The notes below the pieces were generated by a model. The model saw only the letters and a program-made list of their open reading frames with translations, did no database searches and was not told the origin of the DNA. This document shows, one piece after another, positions 1 to 9,021 of a stretch of DNA of 64,000 bases (position 1 is its first letter; each line of letters starts with the position of its first letter). Source of the DNA: a virus (taxonomy: Duplodnaviria > Caudoviricetes); IMG/VR virus record IMGVR_UViG_2791355311_000001, positions 1 to 64,000 of that record; one strand, written 5' to 3'. The position numbers were made by a program, and so were the translations under genes.

Positions 1-2
1 AT

Positions 3-38
3 GTTGAATACTACGAGTACGAAGAAAGTTGGTACTAG
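3..38 (+). CDS. 3' end of a gene entering from the left, possibly the terminase large subunit of prophage 1
   Basis: Reads VEYYEYEESWY*, similar to the acidic/aromatic C-terminus of prophage 2 TerL (EQEYEFYSENAW). Prophage 1 has no other TerL in the window. Confidence 0.35.
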   Translation, partial: VEYYEYEESWY

Positions 39-747
39 GGACAAGGGCGAAGGCGGCGACCAGGCACGGGACTGGAGCAAGTGGCAAAGCCAAACACGTG
101 GGAGTTGTGCAAAAACTTCACAAGTCAGTAAAGACCAATTAAAAAAAAGAAAAAATGGCTTTGTTTTTTTTTTGGGCTAAAACTTGAAAATTTTATAATT
201 TTTAAACATAGGGTGGTATATGTCAAAAAAATTCCAATGGGTTCATGGCTCCCCTATAATAAAAAAATCACAACAAAATGGCTTAAGGTTTCTAACTATA
301 AAAAAATATTTTTCTATCTCTAAAAACTCAAAGCTTAAATAAAATAATTAGTTTTTAGCACTCTAAACTTAAACAACATTTGTAATATTATAACAAGCTT
401 AAAAATAATAGTTTTTAGTAGTTAAAATATTATAAATTAACTACTTTTTATATTTTTTAAAGTTTTTTTGTAAATTTTTGCAAGTTTAAGCAAAAGTCTG
501 TAAAATTTTATGTATTTTGTTTTTTTGTGGGCTGATTTTTGTTTGAAAAACTCAAGGATACGACCCACACCGACAATCATTCTTATTAAATGCTTTTGGA
601 TTAAATTGTGTTGGACTTTGTGCTTGCAAAGGCAGTGAAATTTAAAAAAAATCAGTATTTTATACTTTTCTTACTTTTTATCCTATTTTTAAGTATTATT
701 TAATTATGTATTTATTATAATTCTACAAAGAAAGCAAAGGAACAAAG

Positions 748-1362
748 ATGACCGTAACAAACTTTAGAAAAAAATACGGCTTTTCAAGAGAAGAACTATC
801 ATCTGTTATAGGTTTATCAGACTCTTTTTTGGAAAAGATAGGAAGCCAAGATATAAGCAAGCTATCAACTAAAACAACAGTCTTATTTAATCTATTAGAA
901 GAAAATATAAAGTTAAAAAACAAGATAAAAGAGCTTGAAGCAAAAGAAAAAGATATAAACGATAGCTTTGATAGCTGGAATGAAGTTAAAAAAGAAGTTA
1001 ATAAAAGAGAAGGTGGTTACACTGTTAAACCAAAAAATATTTACTGGGTAAATTTAGGTTTGAATGTTGGTGATGAAGAATTTGGCAAAGGTAAAAAGTT
1101 TTTAAGACCTGTGCTTGCTATCAAACAAGTAACAAAAAATCTTTTTATAGGAATGCCACTAACAACAACAATAAGAGAAGATAATGAATTATTTCACACA
1201 ATAACTTACACAAATAATAAGCAAGAAAAATCAAGTTCTGTTATAATTTTTCAAATAAAAGCATTTAGCATTAAAAGAATTGTTAATAGAGCAGGTAAAA
1301 TAGATAATGAAAGTTTCAAAATTATTACAGATAAGTTAATAAAAATAGTTACTCCCCGCTAA
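748..1362 (+). CDS. XRE-type HTH fused to a PemK/MazF-like endoribonuclease domain
   Basis: N-term FRKKYGFSREELSSVIGLS HTH. C-term FDSWNEVKK...IYWVNLGLNVGDEEFGKG..RPVLAIK...GMPLTT is PemK-like. Confidence 0.7.
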   Translation: MTVTNFRKKYGFSREELSSVIGLSDSFLEKIGSQDISKLSTKTTVLFNLLEENIKLKNKIKELEAKEKDINDSFDSWNEVKKEVNKREGGYTVKPKNIYWVNLGLNVGDEEFGKGKKFLRPVLAIKQVTKNLFIGMPLTTTIREDNELFHTITYTNNKQEKSSSVIIFQIKAFSIKRIVNRAGKIDNESFKIITDKLIKIVTPR

Positions 1363-1411
1363 AAAACGGGGAAAACTTTACAAGTTGCCCTGTAAAGCGA
1401 ATTGTAGGCGA

Positions 1412-1440
1412 ATTATACACAAATCATCTTCAAAAGTCAA
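1412..1440 (-). promoter_or_regulatory. Sigma70 promoter pointing into the 3' end of the HTH-PemK gene
   Basis: Minus strand TTGACT(1440-1435)-N17-TATAAT(1417-1412). Confidence 0.65.
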
Positions 1441-1442
1441 AC

Positions 1443-4400
1443 TTAACAAACTCCATCGGCAAGTTTAATATTACCGTTTTCGTCTAAATTAGTAGCTTCA
1501 AAGTCCTTAACTTCCTTATCTACGGCTTTTAACTCATCATTAATAGTATCCATATTCTTTTTAAGTGTTTCAAGTTTTTGATTAGCTAGTTTTAAACTAC
1601 TCTCTTTACTTTGCAGTCTTTTTTTATTAAAAGCTTTAGTTTTAGCAAGCAAGCTATCGTATTTGTTTTGCAACTCTTGTTTTTTTGTTAAATCCTTTTC
1701 TTTTACCATCTTTTCAAACAAGCCCTGTGCTTCTTTTGTAGGTGTATCACTCTTTAGATTTTCTTGTATCATCCTAATCTCACCTTGTAGGTTGGTAATA
1801 TCAACGTTTTTGCTTTTGATGCTAAAGTCGGTATCACGTCTTGCATCAAATAAATCAGCACGCTTGCTAAGCAAAGAATTGTGTTTTATCTTTAACTCAA
1901 GTTCAGCACGTTTTATAGGATCTCTTGCAAGAGCCAACATTACTTGCTCCGCACTAGGCATAGCAGCGGAGTCATCCATACTTACACTCATAGTATTTGC
2001 TTTTTCTTTGCCATATAAAGCATCATTCCAACCACGTTTACCTAAAACAGTTTCATACATCAAGCTATCAATTGTTCCAGCCTGCATAAAAAAATGTGTA
2101 TTTACTTCATCGTTTATATTGCCAGAGCGGACTCCCCGCCCGTTTCTTTGTTTGATCTCAGCAGGTGTCCAGGGTAAGTTTAGATGATATATATCAGTAG
2201 TATATTTTTGTATATTTAGTCCTTCCCCGGCTGTTTGTGTTGTGCCTATAACAACTTTAATTTTACCGGCATTATAAGCATCCACTATATCTTGCTTTGC
2301 TTGCATCATTTTTTCCCCACTCATATTATTACTTTCTTTACCTGTTTTTACATTTGTAGCTTCATTTCCAGAGATGATAGCTATTTCACTTTCTTTAAAT
2401 TTTCCACTTGCAACAAGCTCATCTTTTATTTTTTTATGTAAATTCTTTTTTAAAGCACCAGCAAAAACAGCACTATGTCCTGCATTATCTAAAAATATAA
2501 TCTGTCCAGCATCTTTATTTGCTTGTCTTTTTTCGCTCACCATTTTAATGGCAGCCTTTATCTTATTGTTTGTATGATTCATTTCTATAAACTCACCATG
2601 AATAAAATCTTTACTCTGATAAAGTCTAGGATCAGCACTTGCATTTACAGCTTCAGAGTAATACCCCATCATTTTGTTTTTACCATCCGCATCACTTTTT
2701 GCTTTTTCCATCTTGTTAAAAATATCTTCAAACACAGCAACGGTATTATCATTAGCATCTAGATAATGAAACTGTATATTTTCTTTTGGTATTGTTATGC
2801 CGTTTTTTGCAAAATCTTCCATAGGTATATAATCAATAAACCTACTCTTAATACCATCAAGTTCAAAAAAGTTTTTAATCTCTGTAAGCCCTGTTTTAAA
2901 CCTACCGTCTTGTGCAAAATATTCACTAGTGCTAAAATATCTATCTTTAAAAATAGTAGCATCATATATACCATACTCATCTAAAATTTTATTATCAAGC
3001 ATTCTTAAAACAGTGTAAAGCTCCATAGGTTTATTAGGTGTAGGTGTAGCATCAAGCATAAATATATTACTATTATTGTTGCGTTCAGATATATATCTAG
3101 CCTTAAAAAATACATCATAAGCACGATTAGAGCCAAAAGAAAGTTTGCCAGTCTTTTTATTTCTTTTAATATTAATGCCAACACCCAAACCATCTTTTGC
3201 TATTTTGCTAGAAAAGCCAACATTTTTAAAAGCCCTTGCTTCATCTATTATAAGAGAGTCTATACCAAGCCTATCAAGAGTAAGCTTTTTATCTTCTTGA
3301 TTTAGATGGTAGGTTTCTAAAAGCAGTTCAGTACGTTCTTTGTTTAGTGCTTCTTGTCGTCCTTTGTCATTTAAATTCATAGTATTTTCTATCAAAAATT
3401 CATTAAGATACTTCCTTGTCGCTTCTTGTGGCAAAGCTAGCTTTTCAAAGCCCTCGTGCGATATTAGCACATAATCAGCTCGTGAATTTCCAAGTTCACT
3501 AAGCATTCTTACTCTTTTTTCAGCAGGCAAATTATAAAGATTTATAATTTTAGCACCAGGATATATTCTTTTTATCTCACTCTCCCAATTTTTCATAACC
3601 TTGCTAGGCACTACAAATAGTGGCTTTTGAGACATACCCCTTAGTTTTAAAGCCTTTGCTAAAAGTATTGCAGCAGCAGTCTTACCACCGCCAACATCGT
3701 GAGAGTTGATACCTTTACCTTCAAATATAGCCTTTGCAGCCCACGCTATTTGATTATCTCTAAACCTAAAGCCTTCAGCCGCTTCGTTTATAGCGTCTTG
3801 CACTAAAAACTTAGCTTTTGTATAATCAGGTGTAACATAAGAATTAAACATATTATTATAAATGCTTTCCACTCTTTGCTTTAATTCAGGGTTGTTATTT
3901 ACTCTTTCTTTTATCTCAAATTTTATATCTTTTACTCTCTCTTGAGCTTCTCTAAGTCTTTGCTTATAGATAGCTATGTTCTCGTCTTTGCCCCTTGCTA
4001 TTAGCTTTCTTGAGTTTAAATAGTTATCAAAAACTTCGCCAAATTCACTTTTATACTCTTCGCTAGCTTTTCCATCGCTACTATATTTTACAACCTTTTC
4101 AAGCTTATATATATTTATATTATTATCTATTAGCCAAGGTTCGTTACCATTTATCTCAAAGTCATCTATGGTCTTTACAGGTGGCAAGCTTTCTTCAAGC
4201 TTTAGCTTTTGGCTTTCAAGCTTATTAAGAACAACATCATCGTATATATAAGTCTGCTTTAGTTTATCTATATTATCAAGCTTTTTTCTAAGATTACCAG
4301 CATAATAAAGCACATCATTAGTAACAAGATTAATTCCAGATACACTGTAACCATGATCAAGTGAGCGGTGAAACTCCTGCTTGTTTAAAATCTCGCTAGG

Positions 4401-7400
4401 CTTACTAAAATCAATCTCCCCAGTTCGCCCCATGCTAGCCTTTAGCCTAAACTCCAAAGGTGAATCAGCATCTACATCAAGCCTGCCCATATTTTCAAAC
4501 CTAGTTCGTTTTATAGCTATCTCTTTAGGTGTAAAGTCCTTATCAAAAAAGCTAGCATAATCATGAAACAATGTATTTTCATCGCCAAAAGTTCTAACAA
4601 GGGCATTATCATTATATGGATGCTTTTTAAACCTTTCTTTATACTGGTTTATAAGCTTTGTAGCACCTTCTAAGTCTTGCTTCTCACTAGCCTTTTTTAT
4701 CTTATCAAGTAGCATTATCTTTTTGCCGTTTGGTGTATTTGTTATATCTTCATATATCCTAACTTTTTCTTTGATATCACTAAATTCAACAGTTTGAGTA
4801 GCTTTCTTAATACCTTTTTCACCTATAAAAAGTTCAGGGTTTTTAATATCATAATATTTTACATTATTATCACTAGCCCACTTTTTAAACTCATCAGCTT
4901 CAAGCGGCATTTTATCCATCACCTCTTGTTTTTTTATCTTTTCTTCAAAGCTAGGCTTTATTTTTATCCTTGATAAATCACTCTCGCCAAGCACTTCATA
5001 AGCCTTGTCACCATGAAATTTACTAATTCCAGCTTTCAAATCTCCCAAAATATTTTCAGGGTGTTTTTGAAAATACTCATTTAAATATATATCATCAGCT
5101 GTTTTGCTAGATTTTATAAATGCATCGTTATTAGCCTTTTGAGCCTCACTTATTTGCTTATTTGCTCCCCTTTTTTGCAAAAAGATTATATCTGTTCCTA
5201 CATCAGTATGAGCATTTTGGCTAAAGCTTTTATCAGCCAGTCTATACATACCTATCACATCAGCCTTACTCATTAGCTCGGCTCTTATCTTAGTATCTAT
5301 CTTATCAGCCACACCTCTGCTTGTTATAAAGGCAAGTATGCCATCATCTTTTACACTATCAATACCTTTAACAAAAAAGTAATCATGCAAAGTTCTAACA
5401 TCTGTTCTATCTAGATTTCTACCACCGCCCCTTCTTTCTAAAAAAGGCACATTTGATATAACCAAATCATAATCACCCTTTTTAAACGATTCAAAACGTG
5501 TATGGTAGTGTTTGCCTTTAGAGTAAAGCCTTTTAACAACCTCGTGTGCATTAGGGTCTATATCTATAGTAGTCCAATTTAATTCAGGCTTCATTCCTAC
5601 AAAGTTACCACTTCCAACAGCTGGTTCAAGTGCATTTTTTATCTCAACTCCAGCATCATCTAGGGCTTTATACATAGATTTTATAACAGGGTAGGGAGTA
5701 TAAAATTCAGTAAATCCAGCTTCGCCATTTTTTAAACCACCCCTACCAGTATAAAGCCTTAAAATTTCCCTATCTTCATCTGATATATCTTTAACATCTT
5801 TTTTAAGTATCTCTAAGGCTTTTTTATTTAGCTCAACTCTTTCTCTTTTATCTAGTCTTATAGGCTCTTTGTTGTTTAAATCATAATTACTTTGTGTATC
5901 TTGTGTAGTGTTTTCTTGCTCGTTAGCTTTTGTAGGCTCTTGTATATCACTAGCCAAAGGCTCATCTTTAGCTAGTGTATTGTTGCTTGCTTCGTCTAAA
6001 AGCCTTGCTCTTCCGGCGGTATCGCTTGCTCTTGTAGTGGAAAGCCCGCTATCGTATTCATCTTGTTTTGATACCACAGTGTCTCTACTAGCCCCCACAT
6101 CACCTGTCCCATCGCTGCTAGCGGGTTCATATCCATCCACTGAGTCATCGCTCGCGGATACCCGCCCACTCTCGCTAGGGCTTGCAGTATGCTGTCGGCT
6201 ATATCGTAGGGTGTCGCTAGTATCTCGTAAGCTTGCTCCCTCACTTCCTTGATATTGCTCTTTAGTGGTGCTTCCCCTTCTATTATCTGACTCGCTATGT
6301 CTTGTAAGTCCTTGTTGGGTAATCTCTGTTTGAGTATCTCCGCTAGCTCTTGCGTTGTTAAACTCTTCATTGACTTTAATCGTGCCATATTCCACTCCTT
6401 TATTTGTAATTTTTTCACTAAAAAGTCTATTTGCTATACTTATATCATTAGATGTAAAAGCTTGCATAAAAACATCAATATTTTTATCATTATATCCTGA
6501 TCGTTTTAATATATTAAGCATTTGTTCATCAGATAGTCTTTTTTCAGGTGGAGTTGACATGCTTTGTTTTAAAGCATGTAGTATATTATATCCAGCAAAT
6601 CTAGGCTCAACAGGCACACCGTCATTTATAATATTACTTATTAAAATTTCTTCATTAGTTGGCTTGTATTTTACATTTATAAAATCTCTCACAAAATCTG
6701 GACTTATATTTGGGTTTTCTTTAATTTTCTTACTAACTTCAGATTGAGCCTCGTTAAACCTAAGCATAGAATCCTCTTCTGCCTTACCAACATTTTGCCC
6801 AAAGTCTTGCACATGCTTTTCAAATTTCTTTATCTGCTTTTCATTAGCTTTAACAAATGCAGCCTCGCTTATATTATCAGCATATTCTTTTACATCTTCG
6901 TATGTTTGCTGGTCTATAACACTAGAGTCTTTGTTTTCTTTTAAGTCCTTAGCAACTTGCTTTTTTACATCAGGACTTTCATTTGGTATTACATCTTCAA
7001 CAATATCATCAGTTGTTATATCTTCCCCATTTTCAACTTTTTTAACAGAATACAACTCGCCTATTTCTTTAGCTTGTTCTTGTATCTTTTGTCTTCTTGC
7101 ATTCTCAGCATCACTTATAGCGATATCTTTTTCTTCTTGTGTTTTTGCATTAGCTATATTTTCATTAGCCTGTGCTTCTTTATTTTCAGCACTAGCTACA
7201 CGTCTATCTTTTATTTTCTTAAAAGAATTTATTAATGCCTTTCCACCATATTCTAAACCAGTGCCTAAAACAGCAGCACTAACAGCACCCATAGCAGCAC
7301 CTTCGGCTACATCTCTATCACCACCGTGTGCAGCTATTGCCCCACTTACTGCACCTGTTCCACCATAAAATAAAGATTTTTTACCTATTTGGGTCAAAAG

Positions 7401-7961
7401 CTTACCTTTATTAAAAACTGCTCCCATAGGAATTAAGTTTATAGGATCAATAAAACTACCAAGTATACCGCCAATTGTTCCTGCAACATCCCACTCGTTT
7501 GGATGAGCTTCGTGCCATGCCTTGTCTTTTTCTTTAAAAAGGTCTATACCTTTTTTTGCTTTTTTCGCCCAATCAATACCATAATCAACATTACCATCTT
7601 TATCTTTCATTGCTTTTTTTCTATCTTCATCAAAAAAATTTACAGCATCATCTGGTAATTTTGAATATCCAAGTGCAGATTCCGTAGGCTCTTTAAAGAA
7701 ATTCATTCCAAGTCTCGTCCACGGGCTTTCGATATCCTTGGCATACCTAGCTTTTTTTAATGCTTCACCTTCGCTAAGTTCACCACGAAATATTTTATTT
7801 ATATTATCGTTATTTACACCACGATTAAAAAGCTCTTCACGTTTTGCATTTTTATACTTTATATATTCATCTTTTGCAAAATTTATTACGGCATCTTTAC
7901 TAAAGCCTTGTTTTTGTAAGGCCATGATGGCATCATCGCCTAAAAATTCTCTTATTGTCAT
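1443..7961 (-). CDS. Large polyvalent virion/ejection protein with N6-adenine MTase and SNF2-type helicase domains (DarB-like)
   Basis: EFYTP, LEPAVGSGNF (motif I), ISNVPF (motif IV), HDVGGGKT (Walker A), IIDEAR, GEGLNIQ, QRNGRGVR. N-terminus is Gly/Ala-rich and hydrophobic. Confidence 0.8.
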   Translation of the reverse strand: MTIREFLGDDAIMALQKQGFSKDAVINFAKDEYIKYKNAKREELFNRGVNNDNINKIFRGELSEGEALKKARYAKDIESPWTRLGMNFFKEPTESALGYSKLPDDAVNFFDEDRKKAMKDKDGNVDYGIDWAKKAKKGIDLFKEKDKAWHEAHPNEWDVAGTIGGILGSFIDPINLIPMGAVFNKGKLLTQIGKKSLFYGGTGAVSGAIAAHGGDRDVAEGAAMGAVSAAVLGTGLEYGGKALINSFKKIKDRRVASAENKEAQANENIANAKTQEEKDIAISDAENARRQKIQEQAKEIGELYSVKKVENGEDITTDDIVEDVIPNESPDVKKQVAKDLKENKDSSVIDQQTYEDVKEYADNISEAAFVKANEKQIKKFEKHVQDFGQNVGKAEEDSMLRFNEAQSEVSKKIKENPNISPDFVRDFINVKYKPTNEEILISNIINDGVPVEPRFAGYNILHALKQSMSTPPEKRLSDEQMLNILKRSGYNDKNIDVFMQAFTSNDISIANRLFSEKITNKGVEYGTIKVNEEFNNARASGDTQTEITQQGLTRHSESDNRRGSTTKEQYQGSEGASLRDTSDTLRYSRQHTASPSESGRVSASDDSVDGYEPASSDGTGDVGASRDTVVSKQDEYDSGLSTTRASDTAGRARLLDEASNNTLAKDEPLASDIQEPTKANEQENTTQDTQSNYDLNNKEPIRLDKRERVELNKKALEILKKDVKDISDEDREILRLYTGRGGLKNGEAGFTEFYTPYPVIKSMYKALDDAGVEIKNALEPAVGSGNFVGMKPELNWTTIDIDPNAHEVVKRLYSKGKHYHTRFESFKKGDYDLVISNVPFLERRGGGRNLDRTDVRTLHDYFFVKGIDSVKDDGILAFITSRGVADKIDTKIRAELMSKADVIGMYRLADKSFSQNAHTDVGTDIIFLQKRGANKQISEAQKANNDAFIKSSKTADDIYLNEYFQKHPENILGDLKAGISKFHGDKAYEVLGESDLSRIKIKPSFEEKIKKQEVMDKMPLEADEFKKWASDNNVKYYDIKNPELFIGEKGIKKATQTVEFSDIKEKVRIYEDITNTPNGKKIMLLDKIKKASEKQDLEGATKLINQYKERFKKHPYNDNALVRTFGDENTLFHDYASFFDKDFTPKEIAIKRTRFENMGRLDVDADSPLEFRLKASMGRTGEIDFSKPSEILNKQEFHRSLDHGYSVSGINLVTNDVLYYAGNLRKKLDNIDKLKQTYIYDDVVLNKLESQKLKLEESLPPVKTIDDFEINGNEPWLIDNNINIYKLEKVVKYSSDGKASEEYKSEFGEVFDNYLNSRKLIARGKDENIAIYKQRLREAQERVKDIKFEIKERVNNNPELKQRVESIYNNMFNSYVTPDYTKAKFLVQDAINEAAEGFRFRDNQIAWAAKAIFEGKGINSHDVGGGKTAAAILLAKALKLRGMSQKPLFVVPSKVMKNWESEIKRIYPGAKIINLYNLPAEKRVRMLSELGNSRADYVLISHEGFEKLALPQEATRKYLNEFLIENTMNLNDKGRQEALNKERTELLLETYHLNQEDKKLTLDRLGIDSLIIDEARAFKNVGFSSKIAKDGLGVGINIKRNKKTGKLSFGSNRAYDVFFKARYISERNNNSNIFMLDATPTPNKPMELYTVLRMLDNKILDEYGIYDATIFKDRYFSTSEYFAQDGRFKTGLTEIKNFFELDGIKSRFIDYIPMEDFAKNGITIPKENIQFHYLDANDNTVAVFEDIFNKMEKAKSDADGKNKMMGYYSEAVNASADPRLYQSKDFIHGEFIEMNHTNNKIKAAIKMVSEKRQANKDAGQIIFLDNAGHSAVFAGALKKNLHKKIKDELVASGKFKESEIAIISGNEATNVKTGKESNNMSGEKMMQAKQDIVDAYNAGKIKVVIGTTQTAGEGLNIQKYTTDIYHLNLPWTPAEIKQRNGRGVRSGNINDEVNTHFFMQAGTIDSLMYETVLGKRGWNDALYGKEKANTMSVSMDDSAAMPSAEQVMLALARDPIKRAELELKIKHNSLLSKRADLFDARRDTDFSIKSKNVDITNLQGEIRMIQENLKSDTPTKEAQGLFEKMVKEKDLTKKQELQNKYDSLLAKTKAFNKKRLQSKESSLKLANQKLETLKKNMDTINDELKAVDKEVKDFEATNLDENGNIKLADGVC

Positions 7962-7964
7962 GGC

Positions 7965-8738
7965 TTAATCCATTTCATACTTATTAAGCCAATCTACACT
8001 ATAACTTTTATTTTTTGGCTTTTCTTGTATTTTTTTAGGTTCGTTTTTGTTAGGTGTACTACCGGTAATACTATCACTAAAAGCCATATCATCAGAAGTG
8101 TTTTTTTCGCCATTAAAAGCACTTCTACTTATATACTTATTTCCACTCTTGTCAGACTTTATATATCTTAGATATTTAGCATCTAAGTTTTTATACTCTT
8201 CTAATGATATAGGCTTATACTCATCAGGGTCTATACCTGTGTTTTTTATCTGTTCTGCCTTATGTTTTTGATACTCTTTGTGCTGCTTATCTATCTTATT
8301 ACCAAATAAAATAACCTCATTATCACTAAGCCCCTTTGTCTCATCAGGAAACATCTTCCTAACTAATGATATAGAGGCTATCCTATCTTCGTTGCTAAAT
8401 CTAGCTTTTTGTTTAGCTTCAGCAGTGTTCGCATTATAATAATTAACCTTACTATTAGTTTCCATACTCCTAAGTCTAAGCTCTTTATCTTTTATCTTAT
8501 TATCGTGTTCTAGATTATTTATTTGAGCGTTTGCTGTTCTTTCTTTCAGTCCATACTCTTTATTTTGTAAAGCTACAAGTCTCTCACGTTCCGCCTTTTC
8601 TTCTTCTCTCTTTTTTCTTTGAAGTCCTATGTCTCCGAGTCTTGATATACTCTCTCCAATAGCAGCTATTCCCATACCAGTACCAGCACCTGAACTCATA
8701 GTTGGATTTGGTAGGTAGTTTATATTAAATCTAGCCAT
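7965..8738 (-). CDS. Putative internal virion (ejection) protein
   Basis: Gly-rich N-terminus then coiled coil. Position parallels 46885-48291 in prophage 2. Confidence 0.5.
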   Translation of the reverse strand: MARFNINYLPNPTMSSGAGTGMGIAAIGESISRLGDIGLQRKKREEEKAERERLVALQNKEYGLKERTANAQINNLEHDNKIKDKELRLRSMETNSKVNYYNANTAEAKQKARFSNEDRIASISLVRKMFPDETKGLSDNEVILFGNKIDKQHKEYQKHKAEQIKNTGIDPDEYKPISLEEYKNLDAKYLRYIKSDKSGNKYISRSAFNGEKNTSDDMAFSDSITGSTPNKNEPKKIQEKPKNKSYSVDWLNKYEMD

Positions 8739-8740
8739 TA

Positions 8741-9019
8741 TTACATCTCCTCATCTTCATTACGTTTTCTATAGATATTTAAATTACTACCACTCCAAGC
8801 CCTTTGCAAGTCTTGTTCGGATCTATTTCTTCGCTTTCGCTCCTCTCTTGCCAAATCAAGATTAAAATTAAACTGTTTTTGTTGTAACTTAGCTTGTTTA
8901 TGACTAGCTATTGCACTACCAACACCACCGACAACAGCACCTACAGCATTGATACTATCGGCATTGTTTTTTAAAAAATCACTAAAGCCATTACCAGCAT
9001 TTTTCAAAAAATCCCACAT
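8741..9019 (-). CDS. Small putative internal virion (ejection) protein
   Basis: Resembles 48257-48595 (MWDFLKNAG vs MGFFEFLGNAG; AW near the C-terminus). Confidence 0.55.
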   Translation of the reverse strand: MWDFLKNAGNGFSDFLKNNADSINAVGAVVGGVGSAIASHKQAKLQQKQFNFNLDLAREERKRRNRSEQDLQRAWSGSNLNIYRKRNEDEEM

Positions 9020-9021
9020 TA

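Noticed and set aside
1663-7968. Many short opposite-strand or nested ORFs here and throughout the window
   Set aside because: They are shadows of long phage genes, with no SD or recognisable motifs.
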